Source of the DNA: Phoronis australis
Taxonomy: Eukaryota > Animalia > Phoronida
Assembly: GCA_002633005.1 (NCBI GenBank)
Contig: NMRA01000797.1
Span: 33,255 to 97,254 of the forward strand
Direction of reading: 5' to 3'
Length of the DNA: 64,000 bases
Each line of letters starts with the position of its first letter. The stretch's first letter is position 1. The notes beneath the pieces were generated by a model that worked only from the letters and a program-made list of their open reading frames with translations, had not been told where the DNA came from and did not search any database. The position numbers and the translations under genes are program-made. Positions 53,933-64,000 of this stretch are shown here, piece after piece.

Positions 53933-54039
53933 CTTGTTCTGTTCTTCTTTAGCCAAAGTGACATATACATCATTCTCTTGTTGTAGCTTCAGCCTAGCTG
54001 CTTGCATAGCTTCTTGGCGTCTTTGCACAGTGTCCGCAT
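53933..54039 (-). CDS. SELENOS: Selenoprotein S exon 3, VCP/p97-interacting motif (DADTVQRRQEAMQAARLKLQQENDVYVTLAKEEQNK)
   Basis: ataacAG acceptor, AAG|GTCGGT donor, 107 nt phase 1-0; RQEAMQAARLKLQ matches vertebrate SelS RQEALAAARLKMQ. Confidence 0.95.
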
Positions 54040-54240
54040 CTGTTATTATATCAGATGAACAGCAATTAGACAAAATGCTTCACAACCCTACTAGTAAACA
54101 AATTAAAGCAATTACAGGGATTCCCTTCATGTAAACTTCTGGGCGGCCCGCCAAGCTCCTTTTTGGCCCCACCAATCGTAAAGCATACTCATATTGACCG
54201 CCACACACCTAATCGTGATGGGTAAACTTCATCGCCATGC

Positions 54241-54386
54241 AAAAATCGCTAGTAAAAATGATCGCTAGTAAAAATGAGCACTAGTAAAACGATCTCTATT
54301 AAAATGATCGCTAGTAAAAAGAATCGCAAGTAAAAATGATCACTAGTAAAAATGATCGCTAGTAAAAATGATCACTAGTAATAATG
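54241..54386. repeat. Minisatellite, ~17-bp unit AAAAATGATCGCTAGTA x ~8
   Basis: Directly visible tandem copies without spacers. Confidence 0.9.
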
Positions 54387-56031
54387 AACAAGCACAAGCC
54401 ACACGGCACCTTTCGCCGTTTGTGGATCGAATGGGAAAAATAATAATTTCACAATGGGCTCTTGAATTGTGCACCTTGTTAAACACAATCATTCAATCCC
54501 CTTCATACCTCGTCTCTGCCTGGTTATACGACAATGCACAATCATAAACTTAATACAGCAGGGGACCAGGCAACGACCTTGATATGAATAAAATGGTAAA
54601 GAACCAGGGTTCGCTAATGAAGTACGAAACAGTAAGCTTTCTGCTTCATTCACTTTCTGAGTTTACAAAAGATATTGTACAGCAATGTGAATTATACTGC
54701 AGGACGTGACATCCAATTGTTTAATTAACCATAGCCCTGCGCCAAAATGATGATATTGAATGGAAACCAGTCTCAGTTTCGTCTGCATGGACTGGGTTGT
54801 AAATCGTCTGCTATGCCAACCAACGGCAATCCACTATAACCGATTTATGTTTAGCAAGACCACATCAACCGAAGTTTTTTATACGAAATAGTTTATCACG
54901 TCTAAAAAGTTCAAATATTTTTGTTCTATGTTCGTCACGTCGTGGATAATTGAATTTTAAAACTTTTTTTTTTGTACTCAAGTGCGTCTACAACTGTCTC
55001 ATAACATAAGACTATTTTGTGTCTTCATATTTTGTAATATGTAGCTGGTTTGACATCACTTGAGTTGTAACATGCCTATGCCATGCATTGCTAATTTGTT
55101 TAAGTTTACTTATTCTATCACCTCAATGATATTTACTAAGTTTTACTAGTTGAAATTAGGGATTTTATATTTTCTAAAGTTGCATGAAACAGGCAAAGAA
55201 ACGTGTATGAAACATTGCAATCTACTCTTCTTCATTCCTAGCAAAATATTCCTGAAGATGCGACATAATTTCTGTAGAGTACTTTGAATCCCTCTCCTGC
55301 CATAGTCTGTTCCTAATACAAGTTTTTTTTTAGTTTATATAAATGTTGAGTGATACAAAACTATTCATACAGAGACCACACTATGCCGGACACTTTCCAA
55401 TTTCTCTTGCGGAGTATCCTTTACCCAGACACTACCACTACATGATTCCCGGGTTAAGGTCTTGTCTATGATGAGTAAACTTGCGTAATGCACCAAACTG
55501 CACCCAATTACATCTAGTTTTTCAAATTTTGCCTGGGGAGGGTCTCCCCCCGCGGTGGGAGGATCTCACTTCATCCTATGCTCGCATGTGGCGCAGTTTC
55601 CACATACGCGTCGAGCATTCACCACCACGCTCCTTTTGAAACCCAGGCAACGGGAGGGGGGGTCCCATTCCTCATATTCGCATGCGGCAAAGGGCTTTGC
55701 ACACCGTTTTGTCCATTCACCACCACGCTCCTTTCAAAACTCAGGGGAGACCTTAATTTAGCACTTAAAATATTTCCAAAATTTTATGAGATGGAATAAG
55801 CAGTGTGCTCTGACAAGAGTTGCACCCATTGTATGCACCTGGGAGTTGATGATTACGATTCACCAAGTCTAAAGTCATGTAATAATTTTTAAAGTGCTTA
55901 GTAATTTAGATAAATACGTAAACCTGGCCTAAGTATTATGATTGTTTTTGACTTGAGGATTTTAATTTTAATCTGTGTCCAAAACATCAAAATGATGTCA
56001 TAAAAACAAGCAAACTGATTTCAAGACCCAC

Positions 56032-56169
56032 CATATTTCTTATGATATTCTCTTTCTGCCTGCTTTTTCTGTGACCACTGCAGGTATGGTTGAAGCTTGT
56101 TCTTCACAAATATCGCCATGATGACACCAAGCACTAGGAACCAGCCATAAGACTGGAGGAATTGTACAG
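56032..56169 (-). CDS. SELENOS: Selenoprotein S exon 2, transmembrane helix (AVQFLQSYGWFLVLGVIMAIFVKNKLQPYLQWSQKKQAEREYHKKY)
   Basis: ttttatAG acceptor, GTGGGT donor, 138 nt phase 1-1; YGW plus hydrophobic TM stretch matches SelS YGWYIV. Confidence 0.93.
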
Positions 56170-56415
56170 CTATAAAAAATAAATGGTTACTTTTCATTTG
56201 CATTCCGTTGAACATAACAGCTGGGAAACAGGCATAAAAGTAAATATACGGTAATTATTCACGTAACAAATAAAACACAACACATAGCCGATAAATGAAA
56301 TTTGATATGTCAAATTTCTCCACAAAAATATAAATTACCGGTAAGTAAACTTTAGACTCTGACTAATGATAGCATGATTTGTTGAGTTTAAAGCATTACT
56401 CATCACTACTGTAAT

Positions 56416-58179
56416 ACAAGAGCAACGCAGAGCGTTGAAATGCGCCGACGAATGCATCGCAAATGGTGTGCTTTAGGATTGTTTATTTGTGTCATAAAAA
56501 TGGCCACTAGATGGCGCAAAAACGTACAATCCATCTGAAAATGGGAACATGTCATAGCTTCTTTATTAAAAAGCTATTCATTAAATTTCATAGAAATCTG
56601 TCACAGAACTTCAGAGAAACATTAAGGAAAACAGAAGATAAAAAGAAATTGCCAATAGGAAGCACAGTGTTCATTGGATCCCCCTGAAAGTCGTCATTGT
56701 CTGTTGTTAGCTTCAATACACTTACAAAATATAATAAAGATCCAGCAGTGGGTTTAGGAGATACAGCTATGGGGGCAAAACAAAACAAAACTACCACAGT
56801 AGTAAAGTCGTCATCGTCAACCATCCTCTTCACACAGAGAAATAAACGCCAATTTTCAAAATCATCCTAAGAATGATTTGGTTGACAGAGGGGTATACAC
56901 CAAAGAGAGACTCAAAAACAGCAAAAATGGCCACTAGGTGGCGCAAAATACCTTGATTCCATATAAAAATGGGAGGATAGTGTCATCTCATCAGTAGATG
57001 CCTGTATTCAAAATTGTATGAAAATCCGTTGAGGACCTTTGAAGATACAGAGGTAAACGTAAAGTCTTAAATTGCAACCAGGGGGCACGCCAGTAGCCAC
57101 ATATGACCGAAAGTTGTCGTTGTTCTTTGTCACCATCATATAAATACACTTGTTAATTTAGTAAAGATCCTGCAAACGGTTTAAGAGATATAGCCATGGG
57201 CGCAAAAAACCCAAACTGCCACTAGGAGGTGCCACAGTAGCTGAAGTCATCAGAAAATATTGTCAGCCATCCACTTCATAGTAAAAACATGCATGCCAAT
57301 TTTCACAATTATCCTGAAAGCGATTTGGTTGATAGAGGGGAGAACGCCAAAAAACAGACTCGAAAACGGTAAAAATGGCCACTAGGTAGTCGAATCCATC
57401 TGAAAACAGAAAAATAGCGTCACCACACTAACAGAAGCCTGTAGGCCAAATTTTTTAAAAATACGCTGAGGACCGTTGAAGAGGTTAACGTAAAAAAAAA
57501 TAAATTGCCACCAGGGGGCACACCAGTTGTCAAATCATTCCTAAAGTCATCGTCATCCTTTGTCAACATCATACAAATGCACTTACTAAATTTAGTAAAG
57601 ATCCTGCAGACGGTTTAAGAGAAACAGCCATAGGTGCAAAAAACAAAGCTGCCACTAGGAGACGCCACTAGGAGGTGCCACAGTCGTTGAAATCGTCGGA
57701 AAATCATCGCCAGCCATCCTCTTCGTAGTAAGAACATACATGCCAACTTCCACAATCATCCTTAGAGCGGTTTGGTTGATAGAAGGGTAGACGTTTAAAA
57801 ACAGACTCGAAAACAGTAAAACTGGCCACTAGGTGAAGCAAATTACATTGAATCTATTCAAAAATGGGAGGATAGCGTCATCTCACTAATAGATGTCTAC
57901 ATGCCAAATTTTATGAAAATACGCTGAAGACCTTTGGCGATATAGAGATAAGCGTAAAAAACTAAAATTCCCACTAGGGGGCACACCTGTAGTCGGATCC
58001 GTCCGAAAGTTCGCTCATGCTGTCCCATCCATGAAAGGATGTGCAAAATTTCATGAATGTATGTCAAACGGTTATGGAGTTAGAGCAGCGGACGCCGCAC
58101 ACCGGACAAACAGAGGCCGGACAGACACCGACCGAGATAACGGCATAATGCCTCCACACATAAATATGTGGGCCCATAA
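56416..58179 (+). mobile_element. Helentron/DINE-like non-autonomous element, apparently full length, with internal tandem array
   Basis: 5' ACAAGAG plus hairpin CAACGC-aga-GCGTTG; ~3.5 units of ~430-450 bp; ACRG-like tract (ggacaaacag..ggacagac); 3' hairpin CACATA-aa-TATGTG then ATAA. Confidence 0.7.
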
Positions 58180-59184
58180 CAATGCATTTTGATTATTCTT
58201 TGTTACATAAGGACTCAATCTTACCTCATACTGGCTCACTATGTGGGCCATGTCATTAATGTTTCTGATGATGTCCATGTTCATAGTAATGGTGACTTCA
58301 GTAGCTTACAGCAAAGTATCAAGCAAACAATGGTTTACTTGACACCATATACTTATGGCATTCAGCTTTTTAACTCATGCTTCCATTTCAAATTTCAAAG
58401 ACGGACATGAAATAAACTCGCATCATGGTTCAGGCACAATTATCAATTACTTGATTCATGATCATGGCAGTTTTCGAGTTTAAGAGAATCCCCACAGATA
58501 TTTGATCTTCTATGAGCTGGGATACGACATCATATCCCCTGGTGGTGCAATGTAAAACTGGCCAGTTGCCGGTTTGGGCGACTGGACAAAGGACTGTTTG
58601 AAAAAAGTTTGATAATTTGCCTTAAAAGCTTCTGGTGGAGATGTTGGTCACTGTCTACGTGTCACGCACAGCCAAAGAATTGCTACTAAACCCTTGTAGT
58701 ATACTGGGACCAGTTGAGATGGTGATGTACTGTTAGACACTGTCTGAAAATTTGTATGCAACCCCACCAGTTGTTAGCAATACGATATATATATTTTAGA
58801 AGTTTCATGACAAGGTGATAAACGAAAATATCCAGCCAGTGCAAAACTTCGAGGTCTCTTTGAAGTATACACCCAGACGCCGCTATTTCCTAGTTGTAGT
58901 TGTATTTTGACATTCTGATTTCTATTTCCAATAGTACTGGTCTGAGCACAGGCACCTTTTATCAGCCACTCATGTGATACTATAATAAATATATATATTA
59001 TAGTACATAATACCAGCTGAGGCGAGTGCCTGTGCCTAGTGTGGCTAGACAGTGAGCACAGTCTCTAGCTCAGGCCAGTAGCGAAGGTGAAGCTTCTATG
59101 GGAAACTTTTCGGTGAATTATGCTTCACATTGATTAAAACATCAAAGTCACAAGAATCAAGAATCAACTATCTTGAGTTATTTG

Positions 59185-59673
59185 CAGGCCTTTGTGCAGC
59201 GTATGTCCCGGGGGTCCAAATGGATGCCCTGGCACTAATATGGACGCCCTGGCAAGGACGCCCAATGTGTCATTTGGACGCCCACTATCAATTGGAACCT
59301 TTCAAGTTTGGACACACACATTGTAATGCTTACTAGGAAGCCTATGAAGACTCACAGTGGTGGCTCTTTTTCAAAGCAGGAAGAAATATACAAGGTATAT
59401 ACAAAGTATATGTTGCTATGCTCACACTTGGTTGATAGCATTGTAAAAGTCTTGGTCTACACAGTTTTTTTTAGTAAAAATGCTCACTACAGAAGGCTGT
59501 TTTGTAAACTTAGATGTAAAAACCTTGGTTTATGCATTTTTGTAAAAAAATCTGTTTGTTTGAGGGGATTGCTGGGTGGGGGGTTACTAGTACGCGTCGG
59601 AATCGTGGACGCCCTGGAATATTGGGAACCCCATTTTGGACACCCTATTTTCGAAATCCTGGATAAAGGCCTG
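59185..59673 (+). mobile_element. hAT-type MITE copy 3
   Basis: TIR CAGGCCTTT/AAAGGCCTG; perfect 8-bp TSD GTTATTTG. Confidence 0.9.
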
Positions 59674-59959
59674 GTTATTTGACGTCGTTTGGCCAGTTGG
59701 ATGACGTTTACGACATTAAATTTAACAGAAACATGGAGAAAAAAGGAACTTAAGCTAAACATGAAGAATAACACCGAGATATCGATGTAAATAAAAGTTA
59801 AGTGATGTCATAATCACTACAGTCTAGACCCACAAAAATAATGCACAAACAATAATAGATACATGTGAAAATACTACAATCTAGAGAAATCACAAGTGTA
59901 CAAAAATGCTGTAATACACTATTTACAACATAACCTGGAGTGTTTACTAACAGAACAGC

Positions 59960-60500
59960 TGCATTTGGGTTTGTCCAGGTCTGTATCAGTCTACGGAAAA
60001 CAGTGAAAGACTTTGTTGTGCGTAACTCGGGTAGATTGTTCTAGACCCAATCAGCCTCGAAGTGAGAAGATTCTTTACCGTACTTGACAGATTTAACTTG
60101 AGGTATATTTAAAAGGTCGTCCTGGCGAAAGGCGATTGTTTTCTTGTGAATGAAGTGTCTTGGGAGATTTGCCATGAAGAATTTTAAATTCTTCAATTAC
60201 TTAATAAGTCGAAGCCTTCAAAGGTGAAGGGGTGGTTTGTTAGCTAGTGAGAGTAGTAAGTTGTTCATGCATGCTATACGTTGTAGACAAAACAGAGGGC
60301 TCTGAGTTGTATTTTTTCTAGTTTAAGTGTAATTTCTTTGAACAAAAATGCCATGAGAGGGGACAGCAGTGGAAATTTAAAGAATGAAGGAGTGAAAAAT
60401 GGCAAGTCTGCTGTTAATCGTATAGTGCTGTCCATTTCTTTTTTTAGTTTTCAGGCCATTTATTTGTCGAGAGGGGACTGCTCAGAGTAAAAGTTTGATA
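59960..60500 (-). mobile_element. CR1/L2-like LINE ORF2 3' relic
   Basis: Frameshifted CPLSWHFCSK, LEKIQLRALCFVYN, KYGKES...NLPELR motifs typical of CR1-group RT C-termini. Confidence 0.7.
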
Positions 60501-60767
60501 ACAGAAGAAAGTTATGGTCTGCTAAGCCTTGGGTGTCCCCCTTGGCCTTAGTGCAAAAGGTTCTTATGGCAACGTGACCTTGATCAGTCTGGGGCGTTAT
60601 TCGCCGAAAAGCTTCCGACATATGAAGCACCTATAGGAGCTTGACCGTCTGTAGTTCAACTAGAGTATAGAGACGGTTGTCATTGACTGTCTAGTGTATG
60701 GACTCTAGTCTGGAGTCTAGGCTGGCCATACAATCCATTCACAAATTCGCATCTTTAAATTTCTCAC

Positions 60768-60828
60768 CCATCTGTAGCCATTCTTTAACGGCCTGTGGAG
60801 TCTCGTTTACTAGATTTCCCACAGACAT
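60768..60828 (-). CDS. SELENOS: Selenoprotein S coding exon 1 (MSVGNLVNETPQAVKEWLQM)
   Basis: ATG at 60828; 61 nt ending in G|GTGAGA donor (phase 1), joins exon 2 in frame; N-E-x-P segment resembles the SelS luminal N-terminus. Confidence 0.8.
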
Positions 60829-60885
60829 TGCATTTTTAGTTCTCGGACGCCAAACAACAATTCCTAACACAGGATGCAAAATATG

Positions 60886-61200
60886 CCTACAAAAAGAAAA
60901 ACACAACCTGAAGAACACGTATTTGTCTCGTTATCAGTTTCACTTCCGCAACAACAATTTCGAGAGCGCCACCTACGACTGCTATTTGTCACAAAGCAGT
61001 GTCACCTGTGCTAGTTGTCAACGGGGCATTTGCGGCTACGGCCGGCGACGGCGGTTCCAGACTGATTACGGACATGGTTACAACAGAGGAAACCATGCAA
61101 CTACTTCACATTTATCACCTTACCTCTCAGAACCTTGCAATCATTCAATTAGGTATATGGTAAGGAACGTAGTAGACTTACACTAACTTGACTGAATCCA
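60886..61200. promoter_or_regulatory. SELENOS 5' region / probable bidirectional promoter with 5'UTR intron
   Basis: CpG-richer segment; ETS-type CACTTCCG (60941); CTCF-like AGAGCGCCACCTAC (~60963); minus-strand donor GAG|GTAAGG (61123) and acceptor tttttctttttgtAG (60887); plus-strand donor ATG|GTAAGG (61160). Confidence 0.5.
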
Positions 61201-62229
61201 AGTCTATGGCCGGGCGTGAATTCCAATGGACCGCATGGAGTGCCAACGGTCAAAGGGTACAGCGGGAGCGATCGTACATCCCCGGCCACAAAAAGTAGGC
61301 TGTTTCATGGCCCTGAATGCCAAAGGTATACAGGGGTAATAGTACATTCCCATGAAAAATTACTCACTTCAAAATGTATTAGCACTCAGAAATATCAAGG
61401 AATGCGGCGGCACTCATCCCACTATGACTCTGGATGACAACTTTGTTAATGAACATAACTTGAACATATCCATAAAAATCTGTCGCGGTTAGCTCGAATT
61501 CTTTACCTGGTGCCAATTTGAGGAAGTTGCGTGAAATCACATCTGTTGACGAACAAACTACGTCCAAGGGACACACTGAAATCTTACAAATCCACCCGAT
61601 CTGTAGGCCTATTCTCATAGGCGGCTTGGCCAAAAAATAAAACTCTGAGCAAGAGCTGCGTACGTAGGGAAATGTTGAGTTTATTAATTAACCCCAGGAA
61701 TTAAAATTATACGGCCGAAACACGATTTAAATGTGTGCAGCGATATCCCAGGCGACCGGCAGTGGCGCTGCTCACTACGACTCCGTTTCCGACGTCTGCT
61801 TCACTGCGCAATGATGAAAATCCTCAGTTCATTTTTTTGGAAGAAAGTGGAAACTGAGAGACGATGAAAAAACAGAAGCTGCTTGTAGGATGTGAATTTT
61901 AATCGAAGCCTGAGAGCATCACTCAGAAACTCATAATTTTCTCTTTGTCAAACCTTAGTTAAGACGGTTTCCAAAGCAATCGCGTCATTAATGCTAACAA
62001 AAAAAAAAACGGTTTGGCCTTTTAGGCAAACACTACAAATTTGTTACGAACTGATTGCACAAAATATAAAAAGTGTAATAAGCATTACAAAAAGAAGTAG
62101 GTTTCACGCAAAAAAGTTGTGGACCATAAACAAGTAGGTCTCTTATTTTAAAGTTATGAGTGAAATCGTGGTGGTGCAGTCGGTGGAAAAGCAGGCGCCC
62201 TTTTAGACCGGCAGCCCAGAGCACTTAGC

Positions 62230-63060
62230 ATAGATGAACGAGGTACCAACATCTGACCACGGGCGCATTTTAAGTCCACTTCAGTATGTACAGAAATGGA
62301 CGTCTGCCCGCGTTGTCTGCACTCTGGGGGTGACCCCTGGGGCCTTACAAAGAGCCCAAAATGAGCTAGACTAGATATTCGAGGTACCAACCAAAACTGA
62401 TTTAAAACGAACAATAGTACCGCACTGAACACCGAATGACCCTTGACAGACAAATTGCACTCTGGAATAGGTCCGGCAGAAACCAAAAAGGACCCCCCAA
62501 AAATGAGCTAGCACATACATTCGAGGTACCACACAAAACCAATTTCATGTGATTCAATACATGGCACAGATCACTAAAACCCATATGACAGACAAAATAC
62601 ACTCTGGGTTGTGCCCGGCAGAAACNAGAAACCAAAAAATTACCCCCCCCCCAAAAAAATGAGCTAGCACATACATTTGAGGTACCACACAAAACCAATT
62701 CCATGAGGTTCAATACATGTCACAGGTCACTAAATGTCCTATGACAGACAAAATATACTCTGGATTGTGCCTGGAAGAAACCCTCAAAAATCTCAACCAC
62801 AATATTATGCTATCAAAACTTTGAGGTACATTAGATACCCGAGGTACCGGCTAAAACTGACTTAAAACCAGTAATCCACCAGATGACCATGACAGACAAC
62901 AAATAGTGCTCTGGAAGGCGTTCGCCAGAACACTCAGTTACATGTACACAGTAAAAGAAGCTAGGTTATCATTCAGGGTACCACAAATTCCATGCGATTC
63001 AAATAGATGTTACTGGTTACCAAATACACTATGACAGTTAAAAACCTAGTGTGGGTTGTG
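62230..63060. repeat. Degenerate tandem array, ~140-160-bp units (subterminal repeats of the adjacent transposon?)
   Basis: Recurrent GAGGTACC, ATGACAGACAAA, CACTCTGG, AAATGAGCTAG. Confidence 0.75.
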
Positions 63061-63598
63061 CTCGCCAGCCCCAGAAATCTGAACTGCCGGTCAGTAATTT
63101 TGAATATACATGACATATTAGATAATGAGCTTATGCTTTTGCGTCTACTGAGCTCTCACACTCGATGTCAAATGGATGATGGCGGAGAGTAAGCATTTTG
63201 GAAAGTACCTGATAACAGTAAAACTTTGGGATACCAGGAACTGTCTAAAACCAACTCACTTAGTGAAGTTTAAGAACGCAGATTGTGTAAAATATAAAAC
63301 GCTATCAAAACTGCCAGCAGAAAGGACACGTCAGCGACAACACATGGCCCTTAAATTTGCGCTAGATCGAGGAACCACGAAAATTATTTCCAAAGAGCCC
63401 TTTCATCTCGTTGACTACTAAACAATACGTTGAAAGAAAAGTACATGTAACAGACGTGTTTTTAAAAACCTTCTTTAATCAAAATAAACTACATGAAATA
63501 GAGCAACACTTTCAAACAGCATAGTAACAGATAGCCAAAATCACTGTATCAAGCTACATACTATATGTTTAATGTCAACAGTAGTTTCCTGTTAGTTT

Positions 63599-64000
63599 TT
63601 AATACGTTTCAATATCAGATTCGTCACTGTTACTCCAGCTTGATTCGGGCTCGCTTGTTTCGTCATAGCCCATTTCCTTTACCTCTTGATCGGCCTGGTT
63701 TTCTTGTAAAAGACCAGCACCTTCAAAAAGGACATCAGGAACGGCAGATCCACAAAACCATTCGGGAGTATAGTATCCATCTTGTACCTCCCAACCGTAG
63801 GTAAGAGGATCCAAACTGTTTCCCCGGATCGGCCGAATCCACTTGGTCTCAGAGCAAGGCAACATAATGGGCTCGTTTGAGCTTGTTCAATAGTGTCTAT
63901 CGGCAAGGAGGAAGCAACGCGCAGTCAATCTTCTTGATGTTGGAAATCGGAGAAAATTTTATTGACGAGGGACCAATTGTCTAAACGCTGACGAACAAAA
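63599..64000 (-). pseudogene. 3' end of a decayed large DNA-transposon ORF (Academ-like assignment tentative)
   Basis: IKKIDCALLPPCR*TLLNKLKRAHYVALL*...LDPLTYGWEVQDGYYTPEWFCGSAVPDVL plus acidic tail; LPP..RA.Y..W..P...GW..P.WF.G pattern with stops and a frameshift. Confidence 0.6.

Noticed and set aside
54241-54386. CRISPR-like short repeats
   Set aside because: Head-to-tail 17-bp units with no unique spacers, in an animal intron; a minisatellite
59308-59682. Three ORFs sharing DALEYWEPHFGHP.FEILDKGL (also 19535-19786 and 30760-31086)
   Set aside because: Translation of the end of the same hAT MITE; upstream frames differ between copies
60698-61186. 162-aa plus-strand ORF
   Set aside because: Overlaps SELENOS exon 1 antisense and the GC-richer promoter; no recognisable domain

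Overview
AT-rich, repeat-dense animal (probably marine invertebrate) genomic DNA; no prokaryotic genes or CRISPR. Almost the whole window is one minus-strand gene, selenoprotein S (SELENOS/VIMP). I reconstructed it by hand from six phase-compatible GT-AG coding exons (60828-60768, 56169-56032, 54039-53933, 47525-47442, 18460-18379, 837-749), giving 186 aa ending ...GSCSWRPSRPRGGAGGG-U(TGA)-G-stop. Its 3'UTR has a ~113-nt hairpin just after the stop and an atypical SECIS candidate. The 29-kb intron hides the most interesting content. One is a + strand 126-aa neuropeptide-precursor-like gene (39101-39481: signal peptide, 40-aa CRH/urocortin-like helix, RR site, 25-aa RY-amide peptide). The other is a probable divergent, degenerate paralog on the - strand (23139-22003, needing a 20-nt micro-exon). 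The rest of the intronic DNA is transposon-derived: three hAT MITEs with perfect 8-bp TSDs, fold-back Penelope elements with hammerhead-like motifs, a Helentron/DINE-like element with CTCF-consensus motifs every ~145 bp, a TA-flanked element carrying a decayed HIRAN-like gene, and ISL2EU-, Harbinger-, Tc1-, CR1- and SINE-like relics. All family assignments come from motif recognition by eye, not database searches.
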